Shown here piece by piece: positions 10,017-18,703 of a DNA stretch of 40,404 bases (positions are counted from its first letter, which is position 1; each line of letters opens with the position of its first letter). The DNA is from Candidatus Woesearchaeota archaeon (GTDB lineage Archaea; Nanobdellota; Nanobdellia; Woesearchaeales; UBA583). The DNA lies in NCBI GenBank assembly GCA_047602745.1, contig JBLKOJ010000006.1:1-40404 (forward strand), read 5' to 3'. A program made the translations under genes and the position numbers. The notes below the pieces were generated by a model. That model was not told the DNA's origin and made no database searches. It saw only the letters and a program-made list of their open reading frames with translations.

Positions 10017-11255
10017 TTATTCTTGAATAATTTCAAGAACTGCGGTTGTTAACTTATGGTCTAGCGATTTTTCATTTAGTTTTGAAATAAAATATAATGA
10101 AACGATGTGGTCTCTAACATTGGTTTTAACTCTTGCTGAATTTTTAATATCACTCATACCTCTTAGGTATTTGTCTAATTCAAAAAACACTTCTGGAGTC
10201 ATCCATCTTAGTGTTTCAGTATAGTATCTTAATGTGTTTCTTGTTTCTTCTATTCCAACTTTTTTAATTAAGTATTCCATCCAGCTTAAAATAATGACTA
10301 ATGCGTTAGTATTATTTTTGATTTGTGTTAGTGGAACTGCATCTGCTGCTGCTGCTTCTATGTTTAATGTATCTAATTCTAATAAACTTTGTGATATTTT
10401 TGAAACGTGCTTTATTTCACTAGGAGTAGCCGTATTATGTTCATTAATTTTATTGGATTCTAATTTTATTTCATTAGAGGTAGTCGTATTTTGTTCATCA
10501 ATCTTATTGACTTCTAGTTTAGGCCCCAGGAGCATATTTTCTATACTGATTTCTTTTTCAAAAGGTAATTCTTTTTTGTCATCTTCAAATTTAAACTCTT
10601 CATTATCATGAATCATTTCAAAGTAAGTTCCATCTCCATTCTCATTTAAATTAGAAATTTCAACGGGTTCATTTGCCACTTTTTCTTGTTCTTGAGGTTC
10701 TGTTTTATTAGTCTCTAATTGAGTTTGATTTATCTGAGCTACAGGAGTATTCTCTTTAGATACAAAAGGGTTGTATTGATTATTAATTAGTTCATAAAGC
10801 GATAAAAATTGAGTTAGATTCGAGTCGATTTCCTTAAATTTGGAGTCAGTATCTTTTGATTTTTTATCAAGTGAGTCAACCCTATCATTTAATGTACTTA
10901 CAGAATTTTCAAGCTTTTTTATGTCAGTAACTAACTTCGTTAGACGTTCGTTAGTTTCTTTCATTTCTTTGTGTACTTTCATCAATACTTCTGAAACTGA
11001 TTTTTTATTAGATGAATTATTTGAAGTTGTAGTAGGCAGAGGTTTATCTTGATTTGTAAGTGGGACGTTTACCTTAGATGAACTTTCCTGTGTTGTGAGT
11101 GCCTCTTGGGGGTTTGATTCATTTTTGTTTACTGTTTGATTCTGCACATTTACCTGTTTATTTTGAGAATTATTAGCGGGTACAGCACTTGTTGCTTTTG
11201 TCTCTTTTTTTTTACTTTTTCCTCCTAATAAAAATTGAATTAGTCCTAATGCCAT
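10017..11255 (-). CDS. arlCDE: Archaellum accessory protein, ArlC(FlaC)-ArlD/E(FlaD/E) fusion
   Basis: Coiled coil ending FLSLYELINNQYNPF (FlaC-like); C-terminal SWMEYLIKKVG..LRYY...W..DHIVSLYFISKL (FlaD/E-like). Confidence 0.8.
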   Translation of the reverse strand: MALGLIQFLLGGKSKKKETKATSAVPANNSQNKQVNVQNQTVNKNESNPQEALTTQESSSKVNVPLTNQDKPLPTTTSNNSSNKKSVSEVLMKVHKEMKETNERLTKLVTDIKKLENSVSTLNDRVDSLDKKSKDTDSKFKEIDSNLTQFLSLYELINNQYNPFVSKENTPVAQINQTQLETNKTEPQEQEKVANEPVEISNLNENGDGTYFEMIHDNEEFKFEDDKKELPFEKEISIENMLLGPKLEVNKIDEQNTTTSNEIKLESNKINEHNTATPSEIKHVSKISQSLLELDTLNIEAAAADAVPLTQIKNNTNALVIILSWMEYLIKKVGIEETRNTLRYYTETLRWMTPEVFFELDKYLRGMSDIKNSARVKTNVRDHIVSLYFISKLNEKSLDHKLTTAVLEIIQE

Positions 11256-11311
11256 TGTTAATTTTCCAAAGTATTGAAATATTATATAAGTATGTTACCA
11301 CTTAAAAATAT

Positions 11312-11902
11312 CTAATTATTTTGTTCAAATTTTCTTAGAGCTGTGTCGATTTTGGAGATTCTACTTTCAACATTTGATTGTATTCTACTCGTGTTTGTAT
11401 CCATTTGATTTTGAACTGGAAAGCTCTGGGTGTTTATACTAGTTTGATTAAACTGAATTCCTTCTTGTATCTTAGTCATTATTTGGTTTTGAGTTTTTAT
11501 GTCTCCAATTTCTTTTTCCAAATAATTTATTTTTTCATGAAATTGAGAAAATTCATTTTTAATTTCTTTAACGTGTTGAGTTCTTGAAATCATTGATTCT
11601 TTTAAAATTTTAGAGAAAGAAGATTCAATTTTTTCAAAAAATTTTTCTTGTTGGGAATTAATTTTCTTGTGTGTATATGATTCTATGTCACTAAATAAAT
11701 TTCTTCTCAATATAGAAATTTCATCTCTAACATCTTGAATGAGAGTTAATAATTCTAGTTCATTAAAAGTCAATCTGTCAGAATCAAATTCTTGATTGTA
11801 TAAAATTTTTTCAGGTATGTTTAGATTTTCATTATATATTATTTCAGATAACTCCTTGTTGAGTTTTTTTAATTCATTTTTAATTTCTTTTTTTTCAACC
11901 AT
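11312..11902 (-). CDS. Hypothetical coiled-coil protein
   Basis: 196-aa ORF, heptad-rich K/E/Q/I composition. Confidence 0.6.
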   Translation of the reverse strand: MVEKKEIKNELKKLNKELSEIIYNENLNIPEKILYNQEFDSDRLTFNELELLTLIQDVRDEISILRRNLFSDIESYTHKKINSQQEKFFEKIESSFSKILKESMISRTQHVKEIKNEFSQFHEKINYLEKEIGDIKTQNQIMTKIQEGIQFNQTSINTQSFPVQNQMDTNTSRIQSNVESRISKIDTALRKFEQNN

Positions 11903-11926
11903 TTTGCTTTAGATTTATGATAACAT

Positions 11927-12283
11927 TTAGAATTTGGGAAGTGGTGGAGAATTTTGTTCTTCTGACTCTTTTTCTTCTTTATCTTTGTTAGTAGTATCTT
12001 CTGTATCTGTTTTTTTTTCTAATAATTCTAGTATTTTTTCAATATTTTTTTCTAGTGTTTCAATTCTATTGTAGATATTTAATTGTTCTAACTCTTCATA
12101 ATTTTTACTTTGTCTATTAAATACTATTTGAAATGAATCATAAAGGGATTGTATTAATTCATCTTTGTTATTATTATTCTTATTGTTTTTTAAAGACTCG
12201 ATTAATATCATCTGCTTGAGTTTTAAAGATTCTAAATCTTTCATCAAATCAATGTCATCTTTAAGAGAATTTTTTACTGCCAT
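11927..12283 (-). CDS. Hypothetical small coiled-coil protein with Pro-rich C-terminus
   Basis: 118-aa ORF, RIETLEKNIEKILELL, ends SPPLPKF. Confidence 0.55.
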   Translation of the reverse strand: MAVKNSLKDDIDLMKDLESLKLKQMILIESLKNNKNNNNKDELIQSLYDSFQIVFNRQSKNYEELEQLNIYNRIETLEKNIEKILELLEKKTDTEDTTNKDKEEKESEEQNSPPLPKF

Positions 12284-12329
12284 GAAAATTTGTTGGTGTA
12301 TAAAATTAATAAACTTTAGTAACTCCTAT

Positions 12330-12902
12330 TCAATTTAGAAAAGTAATGCATTGGCTTTGAGTTGAATTTACAATTTCAAATACGATTTTATTATTACTTA
12401 TTATTTTAAATTGGAGGACTTGTTTCGCATTTGATTGATTTAATTCTAAAATTTCATTTATAATTGAATTTTTTTCAATTTGATTGTTAAATATTGTTGA
12501 AAGTTGAATTGAAATCACTTCTGAGGATTTTATTGAGCTACAGGGAACACATATATTTGGATTTTCTTCAATAAAGTTTCTCTGCTGTATTATGTTCTGA
12601 GCTCTTGAGTTACATATTTTAATCTCCTCTACAAATTGCTGCTGATTATTAATTTTAACTTCTCGTAATTTACAATATTGATTAAATCTTGCTCTAAGCA
12701 ATTCTAAGTTTCCATTTTTGATTATTGAATCAATATTGTTGATTAAAGTTAAACATTGACGTTCATCTGAGGCTGATGTAAATGAATCAAACACACCTCT
12801 TTGTGTAAATGAAACAAGAATAAATATGACAATTATGATTATAAAAACAACAATCCAATAAATTTCCCCCTTCTTGCTAAAATTAATTATTTTTGGGTTC
12901 AC
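12330..12902 (-). CDS. Pilin-like protein with putative class III signal peptide
   Basis: FSKKG|EIYWIVVFIIIIVIFILV; several Cys; GTG start with a TTTATAAA box about 23 nt upstream. Confidence 0.6.
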   Translation of the reverse strand: MNPKIINFSKKGEIYWIVVFIIIIVIFILVSFTQRGVFDSFTSASDERQCLTLINNIDSIIKNGNLELLRARFNQYCKLREVKINNQQQFVEEIKICNSRAQNIIQQRNFIEENPNICVPCSSIKSSEVISIQLSTIFNNQIEKNSIINEILELNQSNAKQVLQFKIISNNKIVFEIVNSTQSQCITFLN

Positions 12903-12950
12903 AATAAGAATTAAATTTGCTAAGTTTATAAATATATTTAAAAATTTAAT

Positions 12951-13754
12951 TTATTTTTTTTTCATTTCTCTCCATGCAACTTCAAATAATTGTTGAAGTG
13001 CTTGAGCAAAGAATGGCGTATTTACCCAAACTCCTATATCATAAGCAGGATAAATATCCTTGTCATGTAAAGTCATAAACAGTACTTCTTCTCCATCAAT
13101 TACACAAAATCTTGCTTCAATTTCATCTGTGAATCTTACTTCTGCCACATCTTTTAATTCTTCTTTTAATTTTTCAGCTTTTTCAGTATGTGCTGTAGCA
13201 ATCTTAATGCTTACTCCTCTTTCAACTAATGTTTCAAAAATTCCTCTTAAAGCTTCCATTTTTCTTAAAAACCCTGTCGAAGTTGTCATTAAAATTACTT
13301 CAGTCTCAGCATTTTTAACCATGGCCTCTAAATGATTATATAGATTATATCTTCCTTTGAGTGCTCCTGATAAATCGCTGGGTTCAACTAATTGAATTCC
13401 TTGCTCATGGAGTTGTTCAAGATCTTGCAATACGTCACTATCTCTTAAAGACTCAAGTTTTCCAATTTTCTCTTCTGATTTTTCAGCAACTCTTTTTTTA
13501 ACTCTATCAATTACATCCTTTGGAGAAATGGCAATGTATTTGATAGGTTTTCCCAGTTTTACCATCACAAATCCTTTTTTTTCCAATGATTCTAAAACAT
13601 CATAAGTTCTTGACCTAGGTACGATTGCTAAATCACTTAATTCTCCAGCAGTTGCAACTTTTCTTGACAAAAGAGCAGTCCAAATTTTAACCTCATATAA
13701 ATTTAAACTGAAGTACTGTCTTAACATGTTTAAAAACTCTTCTTTGACAATCAT
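12951..13754 (-). CDS. trmB: TrmB family transcriptional regulator
   Basis: LNLYEVKIWTALL..ATAGELSDLAIVPRSRTYDVLESLEKKGFV wHTH, GKPIKY, C-terminal effector domain ARFCVIDGEE. Confidence 0.9.
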   Translation of the reverse strand: MIVKEEFLNMLRQYFSLNLYEVKIWTALLSRKVATAGELSDLAIVPRSRTYDVLESLEKKGFVMVKLGKPIKYIAISPKDVIDRVKKRVAEKSEEKIGKLESLRDSDVLQDLEQLHEQGIQLVEPSDLSGALKGRYNLYNHLEAMVKNAETEVILMTTSTGFLRKMEALRGIFETLVERGVSIKIATAHTEKAEKLKEELKDVAEVRFTDEIEARFCVIDGEEVLFMTLHDKDIYPAYDIGVWVNTPFFAQALQQLFEVAWREMKKK

Positions 13755-13929
13755 TTTTATTATATTTTTAATCGCACAGTATTTATAAAGTTTCTTTTTT
13801 CTCTAAATAGAGACACATAGTTTTTTGAACTATTTAACAAGAACTTTATGTAACTGGTTTTTGATAGTTATATTATTAATTTTTTATTTTATAAACTTTT
13901 GTATCTCAAAAGAGTAGTACTACAAGGTA

Positions 13930-14478
13930 TCAGGAGTAAAAAGAAATGTTAGTTTTTTTAATGGTTATTTTATGATATGTGGTGTTTAACTGCTCTTGCA
14001 TTGCTGGAACAATTAGTAGTAAGATAGAAAATAAAAAAAATAAATAATAAAACTCGGTATAATATCCAAAAATTCCTAGACTTCCAATAAAAATAGATCC
14101 AAACCAGATAATTGGTTTAGTGCTCGTAATATGGGAAAAACTTAATGTGAATTCGTATAAATATTTTAAAATTAATATGTATAATACAATAAATATTGTA
14201 ATTTGAATAAATTCAAAAATTATTGAGTTACTCAATACTCTTAGATATGTACTGATAAAAAACCAAACTAAAGGTAAAATAAATAATAGCATTGCTCCTC
14301 TGATAGAACTAGGTGCATCAGAGTCTAAATTTTCTAAATCTTTATTTACTGAATAAATCCATGTTAAAACATAGAGTCCAAGAGATATAATAATTAGTCC
14401 TAATATATATGCTGAATTTTTTTCTTGATAATTTTTGAAATAGGCATTTAAATCTCTTGAATTAAATTTGGGATTCAT
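13930..14478 (-). CDS. Polytopic membrane protein (DUF4234-like)
   Basis: About 5 hydrophobic segments; IISLGLYVLTWIYSVNKDL and PAMQEQLN motifs. Confidence 0.5.
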   Translation of the reverse strand: MNPKFNSRDLNAYFKNYQEKNSAYILGLIIISLGLYVLTWIYSVNKDLENLDSDAPSSIRGAMLLFILPLVWFFISTYLRVLSNSIIFEFIQITIFIVLYILILKYLYEFTLSFSHITSTKPIIWFGSIFIGSLGIFGYYTEFYYLFFLFSILLLIVPAMQEQLNTTYHKITIKKTNISFYS

Positions 14479-14535
14479 ATACTAGAAAGATAAAAATTTA
14501 AATTTATTAAGTTATGCTACTACTACAAAGATTTA

Positions 14536-14706
14536 TTAAAAAAACTCTGTATAAGAACATTTTCCACAATGATATCTGTTAGGGTTTGTATATTTTCCAA
14601 GATAAACTCCTTTTCCACAATTCGGACAGATTTTTCTTCCTTCTTTTATCATTTCCCATTTTTGAGATGGTTTTGATGATTTTGCTTTTTCTTTAGATTT
14701 TCCCAT
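14536..14706 (-). CDS. rps27ae: 30S ribosomal protein S27ae (eS31), 56 aa, absent from the ORF track
   Basis: Manual translation MGKSKEKAKSSKPSQKWEMIKEGRKICPNCGKGVYLGKYTNPNRYHCGKCSYTEFF; CPxCGxGVxL...RxxCGKCxYTE motif. Confidence 0.93.
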   Translation of the reverse strand: MGKSKEKAKSSKPSQKWEMIKEGRKICPNCGKGVYLGKYTNPNRYHCGKCSYTEFF

Positions 14707-14708
14707 TT

Positions 14709-15200
14709 TTATTCAATATCCTCACTTAATTCATTCACATATTTTCCAGCTTTAATGTCGGCTATAAATTGTCTGGGTTTTTTACCATCAACAGTAACTC
14801 CCAGTGAATAACATGTTCCCGCTATTTCTCTGACTGCTGCTGATTGCGTGTTTGCAAGTAGGGAGTCCATCTTCATTCTTGCAATTTTTTTAATTTGCTC
14901 AATGCTTAAATCTCCTACGTATGAAATGTTTGGTGTTCCAGAACCTTTTGTGAGTTTAAGTTCTGATTTAATTAATTGCGAAGCAGGAGGAGTTCCAATT
15001 TTAATTATATATTCTTTAGTTTCAGTATCAACAGTTACTTTTACAGGAACTTTCATTCCTTTAAAATCTTGAGTCTTTGCATTAATATCTGCGACAACTT
15101 GTCCAATATTTACTTTTAAAGGACCTAGTGCAGGCCCAAGAGGCGGTGCAGCAGTTGCTTTTCCTCCTTCAATTAAAACATCAATAGTTTCTTTTCCCAT
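14709..15200 (-). CDS. rpl11: 50S ribosomal protein L11 (uL11)
   Basis: GGKATAAPPLGPALGP, GMKVPV, GTCYSLGV; ATG at 15200. Confidence 0.97.
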   Translation of the reverse strand: MGKETIDVLIEGGKATAAPPLGPALGPLKVNIGQVVADINAKTQDFKGMKVPVKVTVDTETKEYIIKIGTPPASQLIKSELKLTKGSGTPNISYVGDLSIEQIKKIARMKMDSLLANTQSAAVREIAGTCYSLGVTVDGKKPRQFIADIKAGKYVNELSEDIE

Positions 15201-15368
15201 TTTTCTTAAATAATTTAAGCCACCTTTCAAAAATATCTTTTGATTAAAAGGTTAAATAGGCACTAATTTAATAATACCTATGTAAGTTAATAACATGTAC
15301 TTTATAAATTAATTGATTTAATTTAAAATGCTAGAAGAGTGATTATAATTTATTTGGTGATTTGATCT

Positions 15369-16964
15369 TTAATTATCTACATTAAAAGAGTTAGGTTCAA
15401 TTTTTTTAGCAGCAATAATATCATCTATTCTTAGGATTAATGAAACTGCTTCTTTAGAACTCATAAGAATTTGTTTTGTAATTCCAATTGGCTCTACTAT
15501 ATTGTGTTCTAGTACGTTGCTTACAATTCCTCTTGTAGCATCAATTCCAGATAAACAATTGCTAGTATTCAAATGCGAATATTTCAAATCTGAAATTATC
15601 TCCAGTTCATCGAGTCCGCTATTTTGAGCTAAAATTTTGGGAATTGATAAGTAACTATTTGCAAAATCTTCAATAATTAATTTTTCTTTGCCATGCTTAT
15701 TTTTTGAATATTCGATAAGTCTAGTATGTAAAGCCATAAAATTACATCCTCCTCCTCCTACTATTTTCATTTCATTTAATGTATTTGAGATATCTCCTAC
15801 ACTATCTTCAACTGCTCTTTCTATTTCATCTAAAACATGTTTTGTTGAACCACATATGATTAAACTTAAAAAATTTGAATTTTCAATTTCAAAACTAATG
15901 ACCTCTTCTTTTTCAAATTCAATAATTTGTGTTTTTAATATCTTATTTACATAATTTTTATTTAGATGTGATAAATCACTTAGTATTTTTGTATTTGAAT
16001 GAGTACTCAAATTATCAATATCACTTTTTTTACACCTTCTTAATACTAAAATATTGTGTTGTGAGAGTTTTGATACTACTGTATCATCAACTCCTTTTTG
16101 ACATATAACGATATTTATGCCCAGTTCAATTATTTTTTGAGAGATTAAACTTAGATAATTTTTTTCTTGACTTATAAATTCTTCATATTGTTCATAATTT
16201 GAAATTTGAATTTGGTGAGAGTTTTCAATTTCAGGAATTTCAATTGGGCAAGAGCAAATTAAAATGTTAGGATATCTATAATTCAAATCAATATTTTTAT
16301 TAAGTCTTCTTTTATCAAAAACAACTCCTCTGATAATTTTTGAACTTTGAATATCAGGACCCACAATTTTAATATTTTTAAATGATTTTTTAGAAAATCT
16401 ATTTTTTAGCGATTTACTATGATTATTGATAATATTTTTAACTAATAATTGGGCAAGAAATGGACTAAACTGTTCACTTGATTTTCCTCTCATTGCAGTT
16501 AAAATAATTTTAGTAAGGTAGTTTTCCAAATCTTTTGAGATATCAATACTTAAATTTTCAAGTTCTAAGAGTGAATAATTAATTGCTTCTATAAAATATT
16601 TTGAAATTAAATTGGGGTGAATTCCTCTGAGATATAATTTTTTAGCTTCTTCAAGCATTTGTGCAATTAAAATTACACAGCTAGTAGTGCCATCTCCTAT
16701 ATTTAGATCCTGAGCTTTTGCAACATCAATGATTATTTGTGCTACAGGATGGTCTATATCAATTGATTTTAAGATTTCAACTCCATCATTTGTGACAATA
16801 GTGTTTCCAACTGAGTCTATTAGCATTTTATCCATTCCCTGTGGACCTAAAGTTGATTTTATAATTTCACTCAACGCAAGTACAGCATTAATATTATTTA
16901 TTATCGCATCTGAGCCTTTAGTTCGAGTTGTTTCATTTTTAAGAATTGAAGTATTTGCTGACAT
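15369..16964 (-). CDS. Group II chaperonin (thermosome) subunit, divergent
   Basis: STLGPQGMDKML, TNDG, GDGTT, DEIERAVED, ILRIDDIIAA. Confidence 0.9.
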   Translation of the reverse strand: MSANTSILKNETTRTKGSDAIINNINAVLALSEIIKSTLGPQGMDKMLIDSVGNTIVTNDGVEILKSIDIDHPVAQIIIDVAKAQDLNIGDGTTSCVILIAQMLEEAKKLYLRGIHPNLISKYFIEAINYSLLELENLSIDISKDLENYLTKIILTAMRGKSSEQFSPFLAQLLVKNIINNHSKSLKNRFSKKSFKNIKIVGPDIQSSKIIRGVVFDKRRLNKNIDLNYRYPNILICSCPIEIPEIENSHQIQISNYEQYEEFISQEKNYLSLISQKIIELGINIVICQKGVDDTVVSKLSQHNILVLRRCKKSDIDNLSTHSNTKILSDLSHLNKNYVNKILKTQIIEFEKEEVISFEIENSNFLSLIICGSTKHVLDEIERAVEDSVGDISNTLNEMKIVGGGGCNFMALHTRLIEYSKNKHGKEKLIIEDFANSYLSIPKILAQNSGLDELEIISDLKYSHLNTSNCLSGIDATRGIVSNVLEHNIVEPIGITKQILMSSKEAVSLILRIDDIIAAKKIEPNSFNVDN

Positions 16965-16991
16965 TTTTATTTCTAGTTGTATCTCTTAAGA

Positions 16992-17426
16992 TCAGTTTTT
17001 AATATTTAACTTTTGTTCCAATTCTTTAATTTGTTTTTGTAATATGTGATTATGTGCCTTAAGTTTGTGATTTTCATTTAAGTTTTTTATTTGAAAATGA
17101 GCCATATCATTGAGAACCTCTGTGAGTTGTTCATTACTTACTTTTACTGAGTTAGGTTCTATAATTTCAACTGATGTGGGTAGGTATTCTATAATAAAGT
17201 TCATTGCATATCGAATATTTAAAAATTCTAGTTCGACTTCTAAAAACGCAGTGTACATTCCTGACTTCTCGTCTTGTAAATCAGGTTCTGCTTTTATCAC
17301 ATCAATCACTGTGGCGTTTTCTTCCTTTTCTAATTTATTAAGGACTTGGTCTAGTGTTTTTGAAACAACCTCACTTGGTTTACCAGCAATATCAATTATA
17401 GCCTTGAGAATTACTTTGTTATTCAT
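16992..17426 (-). CDS. Hypothetical protein resembling a conserved DPANN family, with C-terminal coiled coil
   Basis: IIDIAGKP..V...YTAFLEVELEF...YLPTSVEIIEP pattern; co-oriented directly upstream of the thermosome gene. Confidence 0.6.
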   Translation of the reverse strand: MNNKVILKAIIDIAGKPSEVVSKTLDQVLNKLEKEENATVIDVIKAEPDLQDEKSGMYTAFLEVELEFLNIRYAMNFIIEYLPTSVEIIEPNSVKVSNEQLTEVLNDMAHFQIKNLNENHKLKAHNHILQKQIKELEQKLNIKN

Positions 17427-17483
17427 ATAGTATTTAAATAAATTTCAAAGTTTATAAATTTTTGTTAATAAAAATACATATTT

Positions 17484-17798
17484 TTACCAATATTTATTAA
17501 TTAAATTTTTTGCTTGTTCATCAGTTACTCCAATTTGAATTAGTCCTTGTTGGATACTTTCTTTTGGGTATTGATTTTTATATGATTGGATGTAATTTTT
17601 GGACATTTCAAGAATTTGAATTGGTATTTCACTCTCATCAAATGAGGTTACTTCTGAACTTTTGATGGGATTTAATTCTCCATACAATTCTTCTTCGAGT
17701 TTTTTATTTTTAATCCTTTTTTGATTCCAAATTCCTCCTACACTTACAATTATTAATGCTATAATTAAATATGGTCTTAATACTACTAAATCTATCAT
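17484..17798 (-). CDS. Small N-terminally anchored membrane protein
   Basis: One TM helix then small helical domain YIQSYKNQYPKESIQQGLIQIG. Confidence 0.55.
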   Translation of the reverse strand: MIDLVVLRPYLIIALIIVSVGGIWNQKRIKNKKLEEELYGELNPIKSSEVTSFDESEIPIQILEMSKNYIQSYKNQYPKESIQQGLIQIGVTDEQAKNLINKYW

Positions 17799-17843
17799 TT
17801 TAATTTCAAAATATTTTTTAATAATTTTATTTACTTGGAAATA

Positions 17844-18542
17844 TTAATAACCTCCTATTTCAATAATTAGTCCATCTCTAGGTTCAACTCTAAATGCGAT
17901 TCTATCTATGTAAATTCCCTTTGGTCTCTTAAACCTTTTAATATTCAATATTCTTGTAGTCTCACCTGCAAAGTTTCCTAAAGTTATTTGGATGAACATA
18001 TCGGCCATATTTCTTAGAAGCATTAAAAATCTTTCATCAATTTGCGAGGGGTCTACAGTAAATATTACTGTTTTATTTAAATTATTGAGTTTTCTAAAAA
18101 AATTCATTATTGTGTAGTACGCTTCTTCTCCTGCATTTTTTTTAACTAATAAAAAAGATAAAGTATCAAAGATAATCACTTCTTTTTCAAATAACTTGGG
18201 AGTTTTTATTATTTTATCAATAAAGTCCTCTTCAAATTTTACTGTTCCAAGAAATGGAACCATAGTAATAAATAATAATTTTTGGTAAAGTAAATCGTTT
18301 TTAATTGAATAGTTTAAAGAGTTCATTTGCTTGATAAAATCTAGCGTATTAAGTTCAGTACTTATATATGTAACTTCAGTTTGGTTTCGAAGAAGTGAAT
18401 AAATAAGTCTTTGGCATAATATGCTTTTTCCTGCCCCATCAACGCCTTCTAGTAATATCAAACTGTTTTTAGGTATTCCGCCTCCAAAATATCTATTAAG
18501 CTCGTCTCTTTCAAGATCTATTAAGAAATAATCTTCTAACAT
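17844..18542 (-). CDS. arlH: Archaellum-associated ATP-binding protein ArlH (FlaH), KaiC-like
   Basis: RDELNRYFGGGIP, Walker A GVDGAGKS, YISTE, Walker B IIFDTLS, C-terminal IAFRVEP..GLIIEI. Confidence 0.9.
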   Translation of the reverse strand: MLEDYFLIDLERDELNRYFGGGIPKNSLILLEGVDGAGKSILCQRLIYSLLRNQTEVTYISTELNTLDFIKQMNSLNYSIKNDLLYQKLLFITMVPFLGTVKFEEDFIDKIIKTPKLFEKEVIIFDTLSFLLVKKNAGEEAYYTIMNFFRKLNNLNKTVIFTVDPSQIDERFLMLLRNMADMFIQITLGNFAGETTRILNIKRFKRPKGIYIDRIAFRVEPRDGLIIEIGGY

Positions 18543-18703
18543 ATATTCAAAATATAAAGAGTAGTTTTATAAATTTAGATGAGTATTCAAAAGTGATAAT
18601 TCCCATCCCCGTACACATTTACTGATGTTCATTTATTAAATCTGTAATAATCTCTTAATAGTGATAGATTAATTTTATAAGCAATTTTTATCAAAAATAA
18701 TTT

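Noticed and set aside
17844-18542. Circadian KaiC or RadA/RadB assignment
   Set aside because: Single domain with ArlH-type terminal motifs, and an ArlCDE gene is nearby
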